Assembly (NCBI RefSeq): GCF_001949145.1
Contig: NW_019091358.1
Span: 3,754,569 to 3,818,568 of the forward strand
Reading direction: 5' to 3'
DNA from: Acanthaster planci
Taxonomy: Eukaryota
Length of the DNA stretch: 64,000 bases
Shown here piece by piece: positions 36,001 through 42,000 of the stretch (its first letter is position 1; every line of letters begins with the position of its first letter). Both the position numbers and the translations under genes were made by a program. The notes under the pieces are model-generated. The model made no database searches, had not been told where the DNA came from, and saw nothing but the letters and a program-made list of their open reading frames with translations.

Positions 36001-39000
36001 GAGCCGTCCAAGGACCGAGCCCTGTGGCACACCTGAACCCACTGTAATCCAAGATGAATGAACACCCTGAAATTGAACACGTTGCTGTCGACCAGTCAGA
36101 TAAGATTGAAACCAATAAAGAGCCGACCCACAAACTCCATATTTATGCAGTCTTTCTAGCAGAATTTCGTGACTCACTCGGTCAAAGGCCTTTGACCAGT
36201 CCAAGAAAACCGCATCGATACGGGGTGGGCTAGGCCTATCAATGGTTTCAGCCCACTCATTGAAAACAGTTGCCAACTGTGTCACAGCTTGCTGCGCTTC
36301 ACCATATTTCTCCTGCTTATATATTCTCTCCACACAGCTCCTCCCAAAGAACCCAAGCCTGGCCAGTGCCCTGTGGTTGAGCCTGGCAGCGTTGGTATCT
36401 GTGTCCAAGAATGTAACGATGATAGCGGCTGTTCTGGTGATCAGAAATGCTGTAGCAATGGCTGTGGAAGAACTTGCATGGATCCAATGGGTATGCATGT
36501 TAAAATGACTTTGTAACAGTAAAAGATTTGTCTTGCCTAACTTTTCTGCCACACGGACAAATTCTACTTAGCTTTGGAGTACAGAAGTTTTAGCAATTTG
36601 AGTTTAGAATTGTTTATGAGCACCAGGAGTAATGAATATTCATTTTCAGTGCAAATGGGTCAGAAATCTGTAATCTGTATGCTTTAGTTCAGCTTCCCTT
36701 TTCCCTGCTTGTATCTTTTTGCCACACAGCTCCTCCTCAAGAACCCAAGCCTGGCCAGTGCCCTGTGGTCGAGCCTGGCAGCGTTGGTATCTGTGTCCAA
36801 GAATGTAACGATGATAGCGGCTGTTCTGGTGATCAGAAATGCTGCAGCAACGGCTGTGGAAAAACTTGCGTGGATCCAATCGGTATGCATGTTAAAATGA
36901 TTTCTTAACACATCCTAATATACATTTCCCTGGCTGGTTCCAGTATTCTTGCTACACAAATTGCATTTTCTTGAGCTTGGAGATCATTTGTTGTGTGAGA
37001 TCATCCAAGCGTCTTCATCCCCCAGATGCAGCTATGTGATACTTGGATTTTTTTATGGATAGTGACAGTTTTGCAGTTCCAGATATTTTTATTTTCCTTA
37101 TAATGGAAACCTCTCCCCATTCATTGCCATGAAAAACCTTATTCAGCTTTAAAGGTCTTGGGAACTCCCCAGTGAATTTAAACACAAAGAGGAGGATTTG
37201 TTTTGAATAGGAAAATGTGACTCAACTTTACAAAATTAATCAGAAATTGACAGTCAGTTTTGAATTATAGGCGTTTAAGGAATCTAGCACATTTTTAATC
37301 TTGAATGCTCGTTGCATACAAAATTATCACATATGTCTGGATACCAAACTGAGTGATGCTTCAAGCAGAAACCTAGCTTTCAACATTCTGACATAAAGTA
37401 AATCTTTTTGGGTAAAAAAGTAGATTTAAGTTGTGAGATCTGGTCACAAATGCAATGATACCATTACCCTGGCCGCCCCCACTGATCCACCATTCTGCTT
37501 CTGTTCCTTTGTGTTTTTGCAGAGCTGGTTGGCCCTGTGGAACCAGTTGGCCCAGTGGAGCCAATTGAGCCTCAAGGTAAAGAGTGTTATTCCCCCTCCC
37601 CCATTGTAAGTTTCTCCATACAAGACAAAAAGAATATTTTCACTACTGATAANNNNNNNNNNNNNNNNNNNNNNNNNNNNNNNNNNNNNNNNNNNNNNNN
37701 NNNNNNNNNNNNNNNNNNNNNNNNNNNNNNNNNNNNNNNNNNNNNNNNNNNNNNNNNNNNNNNNNNNNNNNNNNNNNNNNNNNNNNNNNNNNNNNNNNNN
37801 NNNNNNNNNNNNNNNNNNNNNNNNNNNNNNNNNNNNNNNNNNNNNNNNNNNNNNNNNNNNNNNNNNNNNNNNNNNNNNNNNNNNNNNNNNNNNNNNNNNN
37901 NNNNNNNNNNNNNNNNNNNNNNNNNNNNNNNNNNNNNNNNNNNNNNNNNNNNNNNNNNNNNNNNNNNNNNNNNNNNNNNNNNNNNNNNNNNNNNNNNNNN
38001 NNNNNNNNNNNNNNNNNNNNNNNNNNNNNNNNNNNNNNNNNNNNNNNNNNNNNNNNNNNNNNNNNNNNNNNNNNNNNNNNNNNNNNNNNNNNNNNNNNNN
38101 NNNNNNNNNNNNNNNNNNNNNNNNNNNNNNNNNNNNNNNCACCTATATAGCAACTTACCTTTAGATTATTCACTGAAAAGCACCTTACTCTGACAGTATC
38201 TTATTTTTTTCCTTTTATTCTCTGCACTAGCTCCCAAGCCAGGTGCATGTCCAATGGTTGACTTGGGCACCATTGGCATCTGCAGCCAAGAGTGCAGCAG
38301 TGACAGTGATTGTGAAGGGGACCAGAAATGTTGCACCAACGGCTGTGGCAACACCTGCATGCCTGCTTATGATCCAGCCGGTAAGCACCAGGAGAAACCT
38401 TGGTGTGCGGTGCTTTATGTTTTCCTTTAAACTTCACATTTTGTCCTCAGTCAGTCATTTAAAAGAAGATGTTTTTAATTTTTTTTAATAGTGATAACTG
38501 ATAACTTTTAACTCCATACGTCCTTTGAATCCTTCTAAAAATCCATGGTGTTTAAGTGGCACATTATATTTTTCTTAAACTTCCAAGGTGCGTCAAGACC
38601 TGTGTGAAATGATAGTCATTTAGCTTTACTAGTTCTTAAAACCTGCAAAGTTTCCTAACCTTCCAGGAGGGTACAGTTTAATGATGTGAACGAAAAGCAG
38701 TAGATTCTGCTAAAATAATCAAGCTTCAGTGGCTGGATACTCCTTGTTTTTAAAGTAGTACCTCGTACATGTTCTGGACTGTACACTTTTGATTTCTTGA
38801 GTCAGTTTAAGTTTGCCTGGTACACAAGGCCCTATGAGCCCTATCCCCCCATCTGAATTACGTGTGCCCTTCTGCACACACTCCACGATCACCTAGCAGT
38901 CCCTGATTGTAAATCTCTCTGCATCCGTGCCGGGTGTCCTTCTCATGGCACTCACCCTTCTCTCCACAGTCAACAACTTCAGTGAGTGCCCGCTGGTGAC

Positions 39001-42000
39001 AGACGTAGGCCTCTGCGCGGAGGAATGCTCGGCCGACTCTGACTGCGGATCGGAGAATCTGATCTGCTGCTTCAACGGGTGCGGCCATACTTGCACCCCC
39101 TTGCTCGGCATCCCGACGAAACCAAGCCTTATCTCTTTGGGTAAAATCTTGTTGAAGTAATTTGGGTTTGATATTTCAAGTGGCCTCCTCTTTAGAGAGT
39201 ATATGAATCCGGCAAAAAAACATCTAATTGTGTTCAAGAAGAGTAGAGAAAATGAGGTGGGTTTTATGAGGGAATGTTATGGTACAATTACTGATACATC
39301 AGGACACCTTTCAACTCTGTGGAAAATTGATTTATAAATGAGCAACAATATATATTATTGTATAAAACATTATGGTATACAAAATGAAATAAGCTTTTTC
39401 ATCATGATCTTTGCCAATGTTGTTTTTTTTTTAAAGGTTCAATTTATTACAACAGGCGTCTTTTTGCCGATCAGATTCCATTTGGTCAAATACATTATCA
39501 CTCTGATCCCCCATCCCCCTTAACACTTTTGGGAGAAGTGTTTTGGAGATACAAATTCTCCTGCCGAGCAATTAGCCAGACTACAACAGTCCACTCCATT
39601 GATACGTTTCTTTGAAATATTCCAAACTGCCTTGTGACATTTTTTATCTCCCCTGCCAATTGATGCCTACAGATTGCCCATACTGCCTGACCGATCTGGT
39701 CGACCTTCCTGATGATATCAGGGCGCTCATTTGTGAAGCAGACATGAGTAAGTTTATCCACTTTCACATTTGGAATGGTAAACCGTGCCCTGTCAATGGA
39801 GGTTTCTTCTCCAGTTTCTAAGAAATGACTTCCATTAATTAGATCCACCGTTATATTTGTTTGTTTTTCAATTTTTTTGTTCACTTTTCATTGAACCGTC
39901 TACTTGGCAGGTTTTTTTTTAGGCAGTTCAGGTTGTGTATTTTACAAATATCATCCTTCACGAAAAAACAGTACATTGGGCCAAAGAAAAAATTACGGGG
40001 AAGCTTCAGCATTTCTGAAGTTGAGCTATTTATTCATGAACCAACTCCAACAGCAAAAAAAATTTGCCATTTACAGGAAAGGTACAGTTAAACAAATATA
40101 TAAATCATTAAAATAGAGATGTTTGAAAACACAAATATGAAAGAATATACATGTATACAAATAAGAAATGAATGAAATAAGCAAATAGGCTGTGTACAAT
40201 CAAAATGTATTTTGGTCATTCCAGAAATGAGGGGTCCACCTTTTTTCGTGTCCCTGTCACATCTGACATATGCTTTTGTAATTTCAGAACACATTTTTAT
40301 TTCCAAGAGTGATGAATTAATGTAAATTTACCTGCCAAACAGAAAGTAAAAGTTTGAAATTAATGCTGGTGATATTTCCATGTCAAATAACAAAGGTCAG
40401 ATGTAACAGGGACACAAAAATGTCACACTTTTGGACCCCTAATTTCTGGAATCACCTATATTTGAAATTTGCAAATATTCAGTAATCTGAATTACCTAAA
40501 AGACAAAATGGAGAAATAATAATATTATAAGACCAACAGGATAGCTAACAATAGTTAGCTATGGAAAAATGGGCGAGATTAACTTCATACGTGAAGGTTT
40601 GTTAAGGTTTCAAAGTTTTCCAAGTTTGTCTTAGTTGTTAAACAAATTCTCGGGGGGGAAAAAGATATTGTTGAGATGAAAAATTGCTGTCCGGGAAAAA
40701 AATTGTCCAGACTAAGGTTTTGAAACCAGTGTGAGCCTAGAATATACTTGTATCGACCAGCTGACTGAAGCAAATTCAATGGATGAACCACGGAGTCAGC
40801 TCCGTGAAACAACAGAGCATGTTCCCCCCCCCATAGTTTCAGTAATGTGCACAGTCTAATGTACAAGCCATAGTTGTAATTTGTTTTGATGTCCCCTTTA
40901 AGAAATGTATGCATGCCCAGGCGTCCCCTTGGAAAGTTAGTTCTACCCTGGTTATAGCCACTGTAGCTTAGGCTGACTGTGACCTTTCAAGTTGCAGCAG
41001 ACGTCGCTGTTGCATCCAAGGCAAAGTCTCATGTCATGAATGAGCATGTTGCAGAAACTGCTCTACAAATGTCAGCACCAGTCCTCTGAAATCCTTGCAT
41101 TGATGAGTCAAACGAGCCTCGCGACAAATGGCATTGAATTAGACAGCTGCACTGAAGGACTTGGCATTTTCATTCATTTTGGTCTGTTGTGTAACATGGG
41201 TGCATTGCTGTGTTAGGGGTAGAATTTTTCCCCTGAAAGTTTTGCTTTGAACCACAATAGACAGATCTCTGTTGCCTGAAAACAGCATACACGTACCTTG
41301 TGGAAGCAGAGTATGGTATGTGTGCTGTCTCACCCTGAACGACCTGGTTAGGGCTTGTTAGAATGTGAGCACCCCCTTCTTGTAGCAGACAAGAATGCAC
41401 AAACTCAGCATCCCTTGCAGAAGTATGTCACAGGGGAGCTTTTTCAATGTAGCTGTCAGAATTTTAAACGGTGTCCCGTCTGTGTTACTGCATGACTGTC
41501 TGATGTCTTCATACAAGTTTCTGTTTTCAGTGTCATAGTCTGCATGTATGCTTTGCTGATTTGAGATGCAACTGCATGCAGACCTGTCCAGTAAGGTGTG
41601 AAGTATTAATTTCAGTGCAGTAATGGGTAGAGTTGGATTTTGTCTTTGACTCTTACCACAGCCTAAGCAATTTTTGTTGTTTTCATGTGTAAGGGTTAAT
41701 TCGAAAACAAACTTACTCTTGTGTGTGTACCTTACATGTGGCATTCTGCAGTGAACTGCATGTATACTATTAAATGCCCAATATGAGTTCCAGTGACATT
41801 TTCCTAGAATATTTTCACCATTGGGAAATTTAAGTCGTCTGTCAGAACTTATTTCAACTTATGTCTTCATCTTATTGTCATTGGAATAGGAGATATAGTC
41901 CACGATCTGAGTGTTGCTTCCTGTTTTTGAATGAGCATCCAGAAATCGGGTTAACTACCCCACAAGTTCATTGGTCCTTGCACCTCTTTTGTGACAATCC

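Larger units (their letters stand above)
32520..36900 (+). repeat. Tandem exon+intron repeat, about 382-405 nt per unit, 7 WAP units, interrupted by the LINE
   Basis: Exon starts at 32563, 32968, 33351, 33745, 34127, 36338, 36730; introns visibly homologous. Confidence 0.9.

Noticed and set aside
35686..36552. 288-aa ORF as a functional reverse transcriptase or retron/DGR-type diversifier of the WAP repeats
   Set aside because: The N-terminus is antisense WAP read-through; the RT is 5'-truncated, frameshifted and has YGDN in place of YADD, so it is a dead LINE
32520..36900. CRISPR-like repeat-spacer array
   Set aside because: Units are about 390-nt coding exon plus homologous intron in a eukaryotic gene; no unique spacers or cas genes
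32541..36911. Repeated minus-strand and alternate-frame ORFs (MHTDWIHASSST..., LLLKNPSLASA...)
   Set aside because: Shadow frames of the repeated WAP exons; the spliced + frame explains the Cys pattern and splice sites
37444..38193. Long ORFs of X residues
   Set aside because: Artefacts of the N gap
40998..41089. Possible alternative terminal exon after 39747
   Set aside because: Weak acceptor, no domain signal, and it would truncate the six-Cys NTR pattern
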